Shown here in pieces: positions 48,701 to 62,649 of a stretch of DNA of 64,000 nucleotides (position 1 is its first letter; every line of letters starts with the position of its first letter). A program made the translations under genes and the position numbers. The stretch is from Adineta vaga (Eukaryota > Animalia > Rotifera): assembly GCA_021613535.1 (NCBI GenBank), contig CP075493.1, positions 9,920,001 through 9,984,000 of the forward strand. Direction: 5' to 3'. The notes beneath the pieces are model-generated. The model had not been told where the DNA came from. It did not search any database and saw only the letters and a program-made list of their open reading frames with translations.

Positions 48701-49989
48701 CTATTGTGGATTAATTGAAGGTGGTTCACGATGTTCATCTGTACAGATAACATATCTTTTTGAACATAGTCAACAAACATTACAAAATATTCTTGATCTA
48801 TTCGATTTTTATCATAATTATAGTGATCAAGTACAAATTATATTGGAATTATTTTCCTTGTATGCCGAACATGTATTAGTTTATTTAAATGAAAATCATA
48901 CGAAAATCTTCTATGCATATGTCTTGAGATTATTACAGATATTTACAAAATGTAATTATGGAAAGAAGACGAAAGAAATCAATGCCGATGATGATTTTAA
49001 TGGACATATTTATACATTATTGAATTGTTTAAATCATTTATTAGCTAAAGATTTTATTGATTTTTCAAATGATTCATCAACAAATTCGTAAGTATCATAT
49101 TTAAATGTGATTGAAGATTTTAGACTAAAATAATCAGAAATGAAAATATTGAGGATAGTCTATTTATATTGTGATTCGAGATAGAAATAATAGATGGGAT
49201 CTGATGTAAACCTGAGCGATATACATTTTTCTTCAATGTTTACGAACAATAATAATAGTTCACGAGTTTATCAATCTATTTATTACTTCTAAATGAGATC
49301 CGAAATGCGTATGATCCATCAATCTCTAATTTTATAAACAAATCAATATTTTGACATTTGTTTCTTTTTCCTTCTTCGTTAATAGAGAAATAAATGTTGG
49401 TGATGTTGCTCTCTATGGTTTAATCATTTGTTTACCATTAATTCAATCAGATAATCTACTAAAAATTCCATCAATAAGTACTTGTTATTATAAATTGGTA
49501 TCATCATTATGTGACCAACATTCTGAATGTGTCTTTCGTTTACTTAATGCGGAGCAATATTCAATATTTTTATCGACAATTAAATTAGGCCTTGATAATT
49601 ATGATAATGAAATATGTAAAATGTGTTTAGAAACTCTTCAAAGTTTAACATTAAATACCATGAAACAACAGAAAGATAAGGAAAAAATCAAATATCTCGA
49701 ACATTTTCTTGATTATCTTCTTCAAGAAATAGTCACAAGTACAACAACATTATCTGATCTATTCGATACATTAGCTGGAACAATTTACACATTGATATGT
49801 GCTTATCCCAATCAATTCTTTCAATTTCTTTCTCAAATGAAACAACAAGATGAGAATTTAATACCTATTATTGACAAATTTGTACATGATATTGGACAAA
49901 AATTTGATTATAATCGCAAAGCTAAAGTTTCCTTTACTGTTAAGTTTGAATCTTTTGTTACAGATCTTAGGCGAATTATGAAAAAATGA
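45766..49989 (+). CDS. XPO4: Exportin-4
   Basis: VLEDAAQTFL..NERRREAEKVFLQFRRS..YVVYQTLTALREGIVKEW, CLSQLACLNGP, EDDRDLFSEQLICIG, NDDLHWLLLICGHV, AKDFIDFS, DVALYGL..LLKIPS. Multiple in-frame introns. Confidence 0.88.
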
Positions 49990-50132
49990 TGTGTATATAC
50001 GAGTGAGAGACAAAAGAAAACATCTTGTCAAAAAATCATTCATTTGTTATATTTTTTGTTTTGTTTAATAAAAATTCCGATAAATATAATCTTTTGTCTT
50101 CGAATACAATTTGTTCATTTTCAGATATATTT

Positions 50133-51123
50133 ATGATTCCATGTCTAATTCTTGTTTTTAGTATTCTATATCATTCATTGGCATTCAACGATAGGATGGC
50201 TTGGCGTTCTTCAGGTGCATCACATCGAGAATTAATTGAGAATTTATATAAAAATGGTCTAATCAAAGATCAACGTATTAAGCAAGCAATGTTAGAAGTT
50301 GATCGAGCTGATTTTACACAACAAAAAATGGATGCATATGATGATCGACCACAATCAAGTATATTCGTATAGAAACGTGTTTTTTTAAAAGTATTTATCT
50401 TTATATTGTAGTTGGTTATGCGGTAAGTACTTGAACGGTACTAATAATTAATCTATTATGAATTTCGCATTTCTCAAAATCATTTTCAGGTCACGATCAG
50501 GTAAGAAACTTATATACGTGTGAATTTCATTTGAAATAGTTTTTATTCTCCTAGTGCTCCACATATGCATTGTTTCGGATTGGAAATTCTTAAAGATCAA
50601 TTAAAACCCGGTAAAAATTATTTACGAAAATTTCTTGAATAATTTTAATTACGTTTTTGTAGGTGCGAAAGTTCTCGATGTAGGTTCTGGTTCAGGATAT
50701 TTAACTGCATGTATGGCTCGTCTTGTTCGGCCAGGTGGTAAAGCTGTGGGTATTGAACATATTCAAGAACTTGTCGATAAATCCATTATAAATCTTAAGA
50801 AAAATCATGCAAATTTATTTGATGAAGGTGTTCTGGAAATTCATAAAGGTGATGGTCGACAAGGCTATGCTGCAGAAGCACCCTATGATGCTATTCATGT
50901 TGGTGCTGCTGCGCCGGATACACCACATGAATTGATTCGTCAACTTAAAGTTGGTGGTCGACTTGTTTCACCTGTCGGTGGGTCTGGAGGTCAAGAAATG
51001 ATTACATATGATAAGAAAGCAGATGGAAGTTATCATGAAGAACGACATATGGGTGTGATGTATGTACCATTAACAGATGAACAAAAACAATATGCAAGTG
51101 CCGGAATGCGCAAAGATTTATAG
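50133..51123 (+). CDS. PCMT1: Protein-L-isoaspartate O-methyltransferase (PIMT) with hydrophobic N-terminal extension; 5 exons including two 11-nt micro-exons
   Basis: [10 protein letters not shown] at ATG 50196, PQSIGYAVTISAPHMH (spliced), [48 protein letters not shown]. In-frame upstream ATG at 50133. Confidence 0.95.
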
Positions 51124-51244
51124 ATGACTATTTTATTTGATAAATATATATATGTTTGTGTATTTCTTGATATAATCAAGCTAGTCTTCGATATGTTCTG
51201 TTCTTTTTTTTATAATTAAATTTCGTTTGTTCTAGATCAGTAAA

Positions 51245-52346
51245 ATGCTTAGTAGACGTGTTATATCATCAATTTTGTCGAATAAATCTTGCCGATTTAT
51301 TCAGACAAGTGCTATTGTTAATGCAAATCAACAACAAACTTCTCAATCAAGTTATGATAAATCTTTATATGATTCAACACGAAAAAATTTATATATCAAT
51401 AGTGAAACACGAGTTATTTGCCAAGGTTTTACTGGTAAACAAGGAACATTTCATTCTCAACAAGCACTTGATTACGGAACAAAGGTAGTTGGTGGTGTTA
51501 GTCCAAAAAAAGCAGGAACAAAACATTTAGGTTTACCAGTATTTAAAAATGTTCATGATGCTATGAAAGAAACAGGAGCAACAGCAACAGTCATCTATGT
51601 TCCACCTCCAGGTGCAGCTGAAGCTATTCTTGAAGCTATTGATGCTGGTATTGGTTTAATTGTATGCATTACAGAAGGTATTCCACAACATGATATGGTC
51701 AAAGTCAAACATAAACTTGTTAGACAAAATAAATCACGACTTGTTGGACCAAATTGTCCAGGTGTAATTGGTAAGTTTTTTGTAAATATTTAAATAGATT
51801 AAGAATAGATAGAGATATTTAGCTCCTGGTAAATGTAAGATCGGTATTATGCCTGGTCATATTCATCGGCCAGGACCTATCGGTATTGTTTCACGTAGTG
51901 GAACATTAACATATGAAGCTGTTCATCAAACAACTCAGGCTGGTCTCGGTCAATCTTTATGCGTTGGTATTGGTGGTGATCCATTCAATGGTACTGATTT
52001 TATTGATTGTTTGGATCTGTTTTTGAATGATTCAGCAACGAAAGGTATTATTCTTATCGGTGAAATCGGTGGTAATGCTGAAGAAGCAGCTGCTGAATAT
52101 CTCAAGGAAAAGAATACAGGTTCTAATGCTAAACCTGTTGTTGCTTTTATTGCCGGTCAAACTGCTCCACCTGGTCGTCGAATGGGTCATGCTGGTGCGA
52201 TTATTAGTGGTAAATCTGGTGGCGCCGATGGAAAAATTGAAGCTTTAAAAGATGCCAAAGTTACTGTTAGTGATTCGCCTGCGAAAATGGGTCAATTAAT
52301 GTATAAGTTAATGAAAGGCGAAGATCAACCATTTCAACAAAAATAG
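51245..52346 (+). CDS. SUCLG1: Succinyl-CoA ligase alpha subunit, mitochondrial; 2 exons
   Basis: Mitochondrial-type leader MLSRRVISS; [55 protein letters not shown]. Confidence 0.97.
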
Positions 52347-52901
52347 ACACTTTGTGAAAAAAAATCCGATTCAGTTTTCTTCATACTTTTAGATTATTTT
52401 ATTTTATAAAAAGAAAAGATGTTTGTTCTCATATTCCTTAGTATTGACTATTTCATTTATACTTCTATGCGCAACAGAATCGAATGAATTTCCTTCTTTA
52501 ACTCTTTCACTGCGATACCATACAAAGAAAAAAACAATCAAAAATGTAATTAGGACATTCTCTTTGTCTTTGTCATCAATGGTTGTTATGCACTATTGTG
52601 ATTAAAAGAGAATATCCTTTAATGTATGTAAGTCATGGTGGATCGTTTTCATTTTGAATTTTTCGTCGTCGTCGTCGTCGTCGTTGTCATCGTAGGTGAA
52701 AGAGAAAAAGAACGGAAGAGAGACACTGTAAAGCTATGCAAAGGTAACATTATTTTATTTCGAAAATATTGTCAGACTCTTAAAAAACAAGTGTTGTGAA
52801 ATGGAATTTTTTACATTCTATTGTCACCGATTCTTATTTATGCATTTGAAAAAAAAACAAAAAGCAATTCAACTAGATTACTTTTTTTAGATCAATTTCA
52901 C

Positions 52902-53915
52902 ATGGCAACTAACAATAATGGCACGTCCACATTTACGAGCAATAGATTCGAATCATCGCACAAAACTAAAGATGATCTTCTAAATGAAATTCTTCAATGT
53001 GGCATCTGTCTTTCGCGTATGTCCTCGCCCTGTTGTCTTCCTTGTGCACATGCATTTTGTCGTTCATGTCTAATTGATTATGCCGAGAATAATTATGTAA
53101 ATACGTCTTCATCAATGAATTATATTCGTTGTCCATATTGTAATATTTATTTAAATTATTCTTCAATTGAACAATTAGAAACAATGTTAATTGTCAATCC
53201 GACATTAAGACAATTGTGTGAAGTATTAGAAGCAGCGAAAACAGCTAGCGAACAAACAAATGCAGGATATCAGGCACGATGTCATACATGTTGTTCACTT
53301 CAAATGCTTAAAATATGTAAACATTGTTCTTTCATGCTTTGTGCAACATGTCGACGAACACATTTATTAGATGTTCATCGTGAAAGTAAATTTCAATTGG
53401 ATATTCTTGATTCTCGTTTACGTTTAATTAATGACAAACGTTCTCAATTAAATCAAATGCATCAAGAATATGATCGCATGAAAGAGTTAATTCATTCGTA
53501 TACGGAGAAATTAATGCATACGATAAACGAACAATGTACTCAAGCTTTTCAAATACTTGACGAACGACAACATTCCAATGATGAAACTTTTTGGATTGGA
53601 AATGGTTTTGATAATGGAGAGAAATTAGATTTCTTTATTGCACTACTTGATACTGGAAAAAGAAAATTATCAGCTAAAAATATAACAGATAGAGATCTTA
53701 TGGATCTATCGGATAATCTTCAAACAATTCCAGATGTTGATGAAAATCTTTTAAATTCCATGACTTTTTCTCAAGTATCTTTGATCGTTGATGAAACATG
53801 TTTTACGAAGCAATTTATTCGTATTGGTGAAAAGAATGAACCATCAATGGCGACAGATATTCCGGAAGAAGCCAGTCATTTGGATAATGAACAGACTGAA
53901 TCAAATCAAACATGA
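52902..53915 (+). CDS. RING / B-box-like / coiled-coil (TRIM-like) protein, intronless CDS
   Basis: CGICLSRMSSPCCLPCAHAFCRSC...CPYC RING; CHTC..CKHCSFMLCATCRRTH; coiled coil. ATG 52902 follows an acceptor at 52890. Confidence 0.82.
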   Translation: MATNNNGTSTFTSNRFESSHKTKDDLLNEILQCGICLSRMSSPCCLPCAHAFCRSCLIDYAENNYVNTSSSMNYIRCPYCNIYLNYSSIEQLETMLIVNPTLRQLCEVLEAAKTASEQTNAGYQARCHTCCSLQMLKICKHCSFMLCATCRRTHLLDVHRESKFQLDILDSRLRLINDKRSQLNQMHQEYDRMKELIHSYTEKLMHTINEQCTQAFQILDERQHSNDETFWIGNGFDNGEKLDFFIALLDTGKRKLSAKNITDRDLMDLSDNLQTIPDVDENLLNSMTFSQVSLIVDETCFTKQFIRIGEKNEPSMATDIPEEASHLDNEQTESNQT

Positions 53916-54930
53916 AAATCTTTGACTTTATTTTTAGAAAAAAATAAATTCGACAGATACTGTACTAAAACAATAGAATTAAATTCGATCATTTCATATT
54001 TTGAATATTTAACCGAAAGGTAAATCTGTACATCTCAGTTATTCGATGAATGAAGCACATTCGGTAAAATATTACTAATGCATACTTTTGAAAACGATTG
54101 TTAATAAGAGAAAATCAAAATACGTCATGTATTTTATTCAATAATAGTAGCAGCAGGTGGTAAAAATTGATTGATGTAGCAGAAAATTACATAGTTTTGA
54201 AATAAAAAGAAACAAGAATGCTTGAATACACTTATAAAAGTTCTGTAGGACAAATAAAAATACTTCTTGTTTCAAAGAGTACTATATTGAAATAGTGATA
54301 CAACGTTTTAGTGTATAAAAATAAACTAATTCGATAGGTACATTTCAAGCAAGAACGTTGATGTAAACAATATGTATATCGAATTGAAGATGATATTATT
54401 TCATCTAATGTCAATCCGTTCATAAATTAAATTAATTAACATAAACAGAGAATAGAATGAATGAATGTTTTATTAAGATTTTCGTTTATTTGTTTTACAT
54501 TGACGTAATTTCTAAAGTAAGAAGAAAAGAAAACAACATTAATCATTCTTGATCTGATCTATCTTTTTTTTCTTTCAATAAGAGAAAGAAAAGGGCATTT
54601 AAAAATTTCGAAGGTAAAAACGTGTTTTAATGTTCTTTTCTATCTACTACTTACCATATTTTCGGTCAATCGTATTTCTTTCTCTTCTTTATTTAACAAT
54701 TAAATTGTTTATTTTTCTAAAGATTTATTTGCCCACAGGAGCAATTATTGTTGTTATGCACAAAAGCACACACATCGAGCAAAGAAAAAGAGCAAGTAGA
54801 AGAGAAGAATTTCAGTTTTTCTTTCTACAGTGTACAAGTCACAACATAGAAGATAGACATCCGAGGTTTGAAAGAAGTCTTACTCTATTTTGAATGAATG
54901 TATTCATATTATTTAGGTTTTTATTAAGAA

Positions 54931-56529
54931 ATGACGAGCACCATTGATGATCTGGGAGATCCATTTGCTGATCTTGACAATCGTATCTCCAATCGGAGAC
55001 CAGCAGATGATATAGTGAATGCTAATCCTGGCATGAATATCTTTACGAAACAACCAGCATCAAAAACTGTTCAATTAAAAGCTGAAAATTTTGAGTTATT
55101 CAATCATAATGAACGTTTAGTCGAAGAAAATGGTTCTTTAGGTACTGGATTAAATAAATTACAGAATAAACATGATAAATTAATGTATTTGGCACGAAAT
55201 CGTCTTAGTGAAGTACGATCAAAATATCAAAAACTTGAACAAGATAATCAAACATTACGAGAACAATTAGAAAGACTAAAAAGAGCTGGAGAACAAGCAG
55301 ATAAAGTTGCTAGTGACTATCAACAAACTGAAGAGCGGTAATTATAGTACAGCGGATTTCTCTTCTCTTTCATTGTTGTTTTTCTTTTAGTTATAAATCA
55401 GTTGAACGTGAATTACGTACAATGATTGAAAAATTAAAACGTGAGAATGATGATTTAAAAACTAAATATTCCGTTGGTGAACTTCATTCATTGAAAGAAA
55501 ATTTTCATACAACAAAACAAGCTTTAGATCAAGCTAAACGTGAATTATATTCAATGAAAGATGAACTTCACAAAGCTAGTTTTGAACGTGACACATTTCA
55601 GCGAGAAATTGGTTTTTTAAATGAAAAAATTACTGATCTTACTGGAGCAAAAACAAAAGCCGATAAAAAGGTTGAAGTATTGTCTGAACAAGTTGAGAAA
55701 TTACAAACACATTTAAAACGGTAACAATCAGAACAAAATGGCTACAGATTTTTATTTATATATTCTTCATTTAGTTCGGAAGGTAATTGTCAATTATTAC
55801 ATGAACGTTTAACAGCAGTGAAAAAAGAACGTGATACAATTGAAAGTGAAAGTCGTGCAAAAATTTCAACATTAACACAAAATTTGAAAGAATTACAAGT
55901 CTCGTCGAAAACATTAATGGAACAATTTCGTGCACAAAGCAAGCAATGTGAACATTTAGATGCTGAAAATAAACAATTAACTGAATATGTTGTATGTATA
56001 TCGGATCTCTTCTATAGTTCATTGAATCTTTTTCGTTTAGAATGGTTATCGTAAAGAAAATGATATTCTTGCCAAACAACTTGTTAATAGCAATAGTAAA
56101 CAAAAACAATTAATGCTAGAAATTGAAACCTTCAAATCTGCTGATGCTTCAGTTAAAAATGAAGAAGCATTACGTATGCAAAATGCACTCATGAGTTTAA
56201 CTGATCAATTAACACAATTACGTAAATTACATGCAAATACTCTTGCAGAAAATCGACAAACAAAAGAAATGTTAATTGAAAGAGAATCTGTTCTAACAAA
56301 TTTAGGTTATGAACGTCATCAATTACAAGATAAAGTTGTTAAAAATGAACATACGCTTCGACAAATGGAACGTAAATTAGCTGGACGTGATGTATCAACG
56401 AAACGACCATTACCACCACCACCACATTCAACAGTCAATATAACAAAACAAGAATCTCCTGTAACACTTAGTAATCCAACATCAACAATGATAACAAATT
56501 CATTTTCGAATATTGTTATTCCGACATAA
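54931..56529 (+). CDS. Uncharacterised long coiled-coil protein, 4 exons
   Basis: In-frame exons ~54931-55337, 55391-55720, 55774-55991 and 56041-56529; heptad-rich E/K/L/Q composition; Pro-rich tail RPLPPPP. Confidence 0.75.
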
Positions 56530-56804
56530 ATATATCTTTGTAATCGAATGTCATTCCAGACTTTTCTTCCATAATCTTCGTCTTTTTTCGTTTACATATG
56601 TTTGAAGAAAAAAAAAGAACGTATTTTTTCATTTTAAAATGATTATATCATTATTTCGCAGAGTTTTGTTCCTTTCCAGGCTTTTTTTAGATATTCAAAG
56701 TGAGAAAAAAAACAAGGATGACCATGCATGTAAATACTGACAAAGCACACTTTTATCATGGGAGATATGAGACAGATACATGTGCGGAATAAGATAACAA
56801 ACCG

Positions 56805-56812
56805 TATAAAAG
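56805..56812 (+). promoter_or_regulatory. TATA box of cathepsin L
   Basis: TATAAAAG ~25 nt upstream of Inr-like CTCATT, followed by a short noncoding exon and an intron (56867-56952) ending at the ATG. Confidence 0.65.
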
Positions 56813-56952
56813 CTGCTGTAAATTGATGCACTCATTACAGTTCTTCTTTTGTTTCATACAACAAAGGTAAGTGTTAAAAAAATATAATCAAGGTTTTTCT
56901 TTTTCATTTCAAAGATAACTAATCATTGTCTTTTTTTTGCTATTTGGTTTAG

Positions 56953-58258
<1,306 letters not shown>

Positions 58259-58628
58259 ATTATACAACGTTTTTTTCTATGTTTCAATTTTTTCATTTCT
58301 TTTTTTATTGTATTCTAATAACATCATAGCAATAAAAAGAAAACAAAAAAAGCTTTCATAAATCTATCTAATCATTTATTCATCACATCACATATCCATC
58401 CATTAGTATGAATACGATGTTGAAAGTAGAGATCGTATTGAAATGAATCAATTGTCAACTAAGAGAGAGAGAGAGAAGAAAAAGAAAAGAGCTTTTATGA
58501 ATAATACTATATGAATATTGATATATTTTTGTATCAAAACGAGAATCTTCGAGTAAGAATAACAATATTTCTCTTGTTCATACGTGAATATATTTAAGAT
58601 TAGATTAAGAACATAAGATACTTGTATC

Positions 58629-60078
58629 ATGTCTATGATACTCAATATAACATTTAATCTTGATGATTATTCACCATTTGGATCTGATGAACATATTTAT
58701 ATAACAGAATATCGTTCACTTATTATAACAATTGTTTTCTTTTTAATTGGTTTATTTGGAAATGTTATCATGTTACTTGGAAATGGTTATATTCTTTGTC
58801 ATTCTTATGATAAAGAAACACGTACATTTGAAAATTTTCTTATTGAAATAACTTGTTGTGATATGATCGTTCTTTTATATCATTTAATTAATTCAATTAT
58901 ACGTTATAAAGCAATACCAAATAATGAAATAGATACAATGACAGGATTGATTAATATCTCTACAGTTTGTTGTAAATTATTAACATATACTGTCCGAATT
59001 TCGACATTAATGTCACATTGGTTAATTATATTATTATTATTAAATCGATTATTTTTAGTTTATCCAAAATTTTATCGATTGATTACAATTGTCAATGCCA
59101 AATATGCTGTGTAAGTATGCAAATCAAAATCAAATGACTTGTTTTTTTAGTATAGTTCATTTTATGAATGAGAATTTCTTCGATCAATTAATTTATTTTA
59201 CATTTAGACTTTGTCTACTTTTTCTATTTACACTTTTCAATGTACCATCAATTGAATCCATGTCTTATAATAAACCTCTTCTATTTATTCCAAATTCAAC
59301 TAATATAACAGCAACATTTAATCGTCATTGTTTAATGAATGCTGATATGATTGATTTACAAGCTTCGATTCATTCAACTGTCGTTCTTATCAATGTTTTT
59401 CTCTATAGTGGTATTGGTCTAATCTTACCAACGATTCTAATTTTTATGCTTTCGATAATACTTTTTCAAAAAGGTGTTCATATTTGGAATGAATTACATT
59501 CACATCATTCAGAAACGGAGAACATTTCTTTACGTTGTGATTCTCCAATTGTCGATTATCTTCGTACCTACAATGCAGCATTTACATTATCAATTGTCTT
59601 TGTATTTCTTTCTTTACCATGTAAATTACTTCGTTTAATTGTTCTATTTGCTTCCTATGATACCAATGAATTTCTCTCAACAAATCAAATTCTTTTACAA
59701 GCACATGAACAAATGCAAACAATTGGTTTAGCATTTGAACTTTCACTTTATTCATACAAATGTTTTATAATTATTTGTACACATTATCGTTTTCGTTGTG
59801 CATTAAAATATCTATTAACATATCATCGAACAAATATTATCCTTGATCATCGTCGATCAACAATTGAAAGTCATTTTTCACATAAAACTATCTATGAACG
59901 TCAATCACAAGCAAGTGTCGTCCCTTTTGAAGGTTTACATATTCATTTACAACGAAATGAATTTGAACCAACAATATCAATGTATAGAACGACAAATTAC
60001 AATCAACGATCTACTAGTTATAGAATACGAACAAGTATATGTAGTCGACGAACAAAAGATGAAGAATTATCTGTTTAA
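58629..60078 (+). CDS. Divergent class A (rhodopsin-like) GPCR, 2 exons
   Basis: TM1 IGLFGNVI, TM2 EITCCDMI, TM3 CCKLLTY..LLNRLFLVYP, further TMs including FLSLPCKL and a final helix ending in YRFRCAL. Intron 59111-59208. Confidence 0.75.
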
Positions 60079-60394
60079 AAAATATTATTGACATATAAAA
60101 CAAAACAGTTCAATCATCGGAACAAACTTTGACCGCTTAGCTAAACTATCTACTTTTATTGTTAAGAATAAAGAAACACTTCGTCTATTCAATTATTAAA
60201 TGTGAATTTGTTTGATTATTTTTCATTAAATTTTAAAAGCAAATAAACATTTTCTTATTGTATTAGTTTTAGTCCATAATTATTATTCTTACCTTTCTTT
60301 TCCTGCATAGGAAAATTGTCAAGTAAATAAAACATTCTATGTTTATTTTTCACAAAAACCAAACACATACACTTTTCATCAGATGTGTACAAGT

Positions 60395-62649
60395 ATGAAA
60401 TTCTTCTCTTTTATTCTATAATTCTGTCTATTAAAATGAATACTATGGAACAGATCGTGAACTATGCTGATAATGCAACAAGTAATGTTCATTGAACGTT
60501 TTGTTTTCGTTTAAACAGATCGTTTTTTAGTAATAACACAATTATCAGAATGTTCTTCAATAGTGAACTTAACTGAACTCATACAGGATGTATGTAGAAT
60601 AAAGAATCTTTATTCTTTAACGTTGATGTGTGGTTTTAGCTTTATAATTTATATCAAAATACAAGTTCAACTATATTTTACAATATTTCTATTGAAAATT
60701 TCGAGTAAATCTATTTCTTCTTTCATTTTTCATTCATTATTAATCGTTATGAATTAGTTGTCAATCATCGACAGGAAAATATTTCGAACAAATTATCTTC
60801 TTTACAAAATCAGTATCACTTCAAATTCAAATATCATTAGGTAAAAATTAACGAAGATGAAAACAAATTTTTATTCTGTTTATTCAAAGCTTCTCTTTAC
60901 TTCAATTATATAACTTCAAATGGGTATTCATTCCACGGATTTTTCATTGAACAAAACGAACGATTTCTTCTTTCATCTATCACATTAAATTCTAGTAAGT
61001 TACATGAAGAATTCCTTTTTTTTCTTTTTTGAAAAAGAACCAATCTGTAATATAAGAATTTCTGGTTAGCCTTCAAATTCTTTTACCAGACATATCTGGA
61101 ATGATGATACATGATACAACATACAAATGATTGGTTAATAATTATTTATAGACGATTAAATTTGATACAGAAAAGTGCCATGATTCGACCTTGTTGTTAT
61201 CAACTACATGAACCTTATAAGGATAGTTTTTCTCAATAAATTTATTATCTGTTAGTTAGCGAAAGAATGTTGAAGAGATTCGAATAACATAGATTGCATG
61301 GACGTCTTTGGAGAGGAAAACTCAAGGACAAAAAGTCTTGTCGTGAGGATAGAAAGTCTGTCTGCCCTTTTCTTTTCTAATACAAGTTAATAGATATGGG
61401 TGGAGTCTTCGGTCATGAACTTAATATGACAATCTTGCGAAGATTTATTAATTTAAATCTATACTCTCAATATCTAGTACCTCAATCTGGTGCGTGTTCA
61501 AGTGGTGCAGCAGTTCAGATTCCACTTTGTTCATTGAATAGTTCAACACCTGAATGTATTGAATTCGTTACCAATCCATGGATATTCAATTGCAGGTTTG
61601 AACAACAACTACTATCAATTTTCCGAGGTCGATCTCTTTCTCTTACAGTATAAATTCTACTACATCTACAAATCCATCAACATCAATCATCTCCGATCAT
61701 GGATCAGTGTTGACGATAATATCAACTGTATTGAATTCGTGGCAAATTGGACTCATATGCGGTTTAAGTATGTATGCTTTGTTAATCAATGAAATGTGAA
61801 TAGGTTTCTCTAATGTAGGCATTTTCAGCTGTTTGATTCTGCTTCTAATTGTTGTATGCTTTTATCGACGATGCTTGCGTACAAAACGAATCAGTTTATC
61901 ATGTGAAAATCTTTTTGATGATAAAAAATTTTTACACAAAAGGTAGAAGAGATTCATTTTGAATAATATTCTCATTAATAGATAACTTTTCTTTAGTGTA
62001 ATACCTCATGATTCAATCTTTCAACATGTTGTTCATGTTACTGAATCTAAACAAAGTATCAATACATTGGTTTCCTGGATTCATGATGGTATATACAAGT
62101 AAAACATTTCTCGTTTTTCTTTCTCGTAGTATTCCTCATTCTAATCGACAATAGACAAGAAATTTTTCTCGATCCTACAACTATTCATGCTACAATTTTT
62201 CTTAACAAATCGAATGAATCAATTCATCCTTCTAATAACAATCAATCGAATATGTTATTACGAAAATCACCTTCAACATCAAGTGTACCTCAATCTATTT
62301 GCACAACATCGATAGATCGATTTCAATTGAGTACAAGTAAATATCTTCTTCTACCATCTCATATAAATTTCTGAAGAAAAATCAAAGGTGATTTAGATGA
62401 TGAATCATTTGATGATTTGAATGAAATCATTATTGATTGTTCGTATCCAATACAATATATCAATAGATCATATACTGACGACAATTTATGTGATGAAGAT
62501 GCATGGATGTCAATCTTAGCTGTAGCAAATGCTGAAGTAAAGAATGACATTTTTACTAAAAATAAATCATATATATATATACATGTTTTTAGCTTGATTT
62601 ACTCAATCAATTAGAAAATGAACAAAATGGAATGATAACAACATTGTAG
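60395..62649 (+). CDS. Uncharacterised single-pass membrane protein with many small exons
   Basis: Signal-like MKFFSFILIILSIK, Cys-containing ectodomain (GACSSG..PLC..PECIEF..WIFNC), TM CLILLLIVVCFI, acidic tail ending MITTL*. Exon chain only partly traced. Confidence 0.5.

Noticed and set aside
12044-52346. CoA-transferase plus succinyl-CoA ligase as a linked metabolic cluster
   Set aside because: They are ~38 kb apart and the transferase is a disabled passenger of the mosaic insertion, so linkage is probably coincidental.
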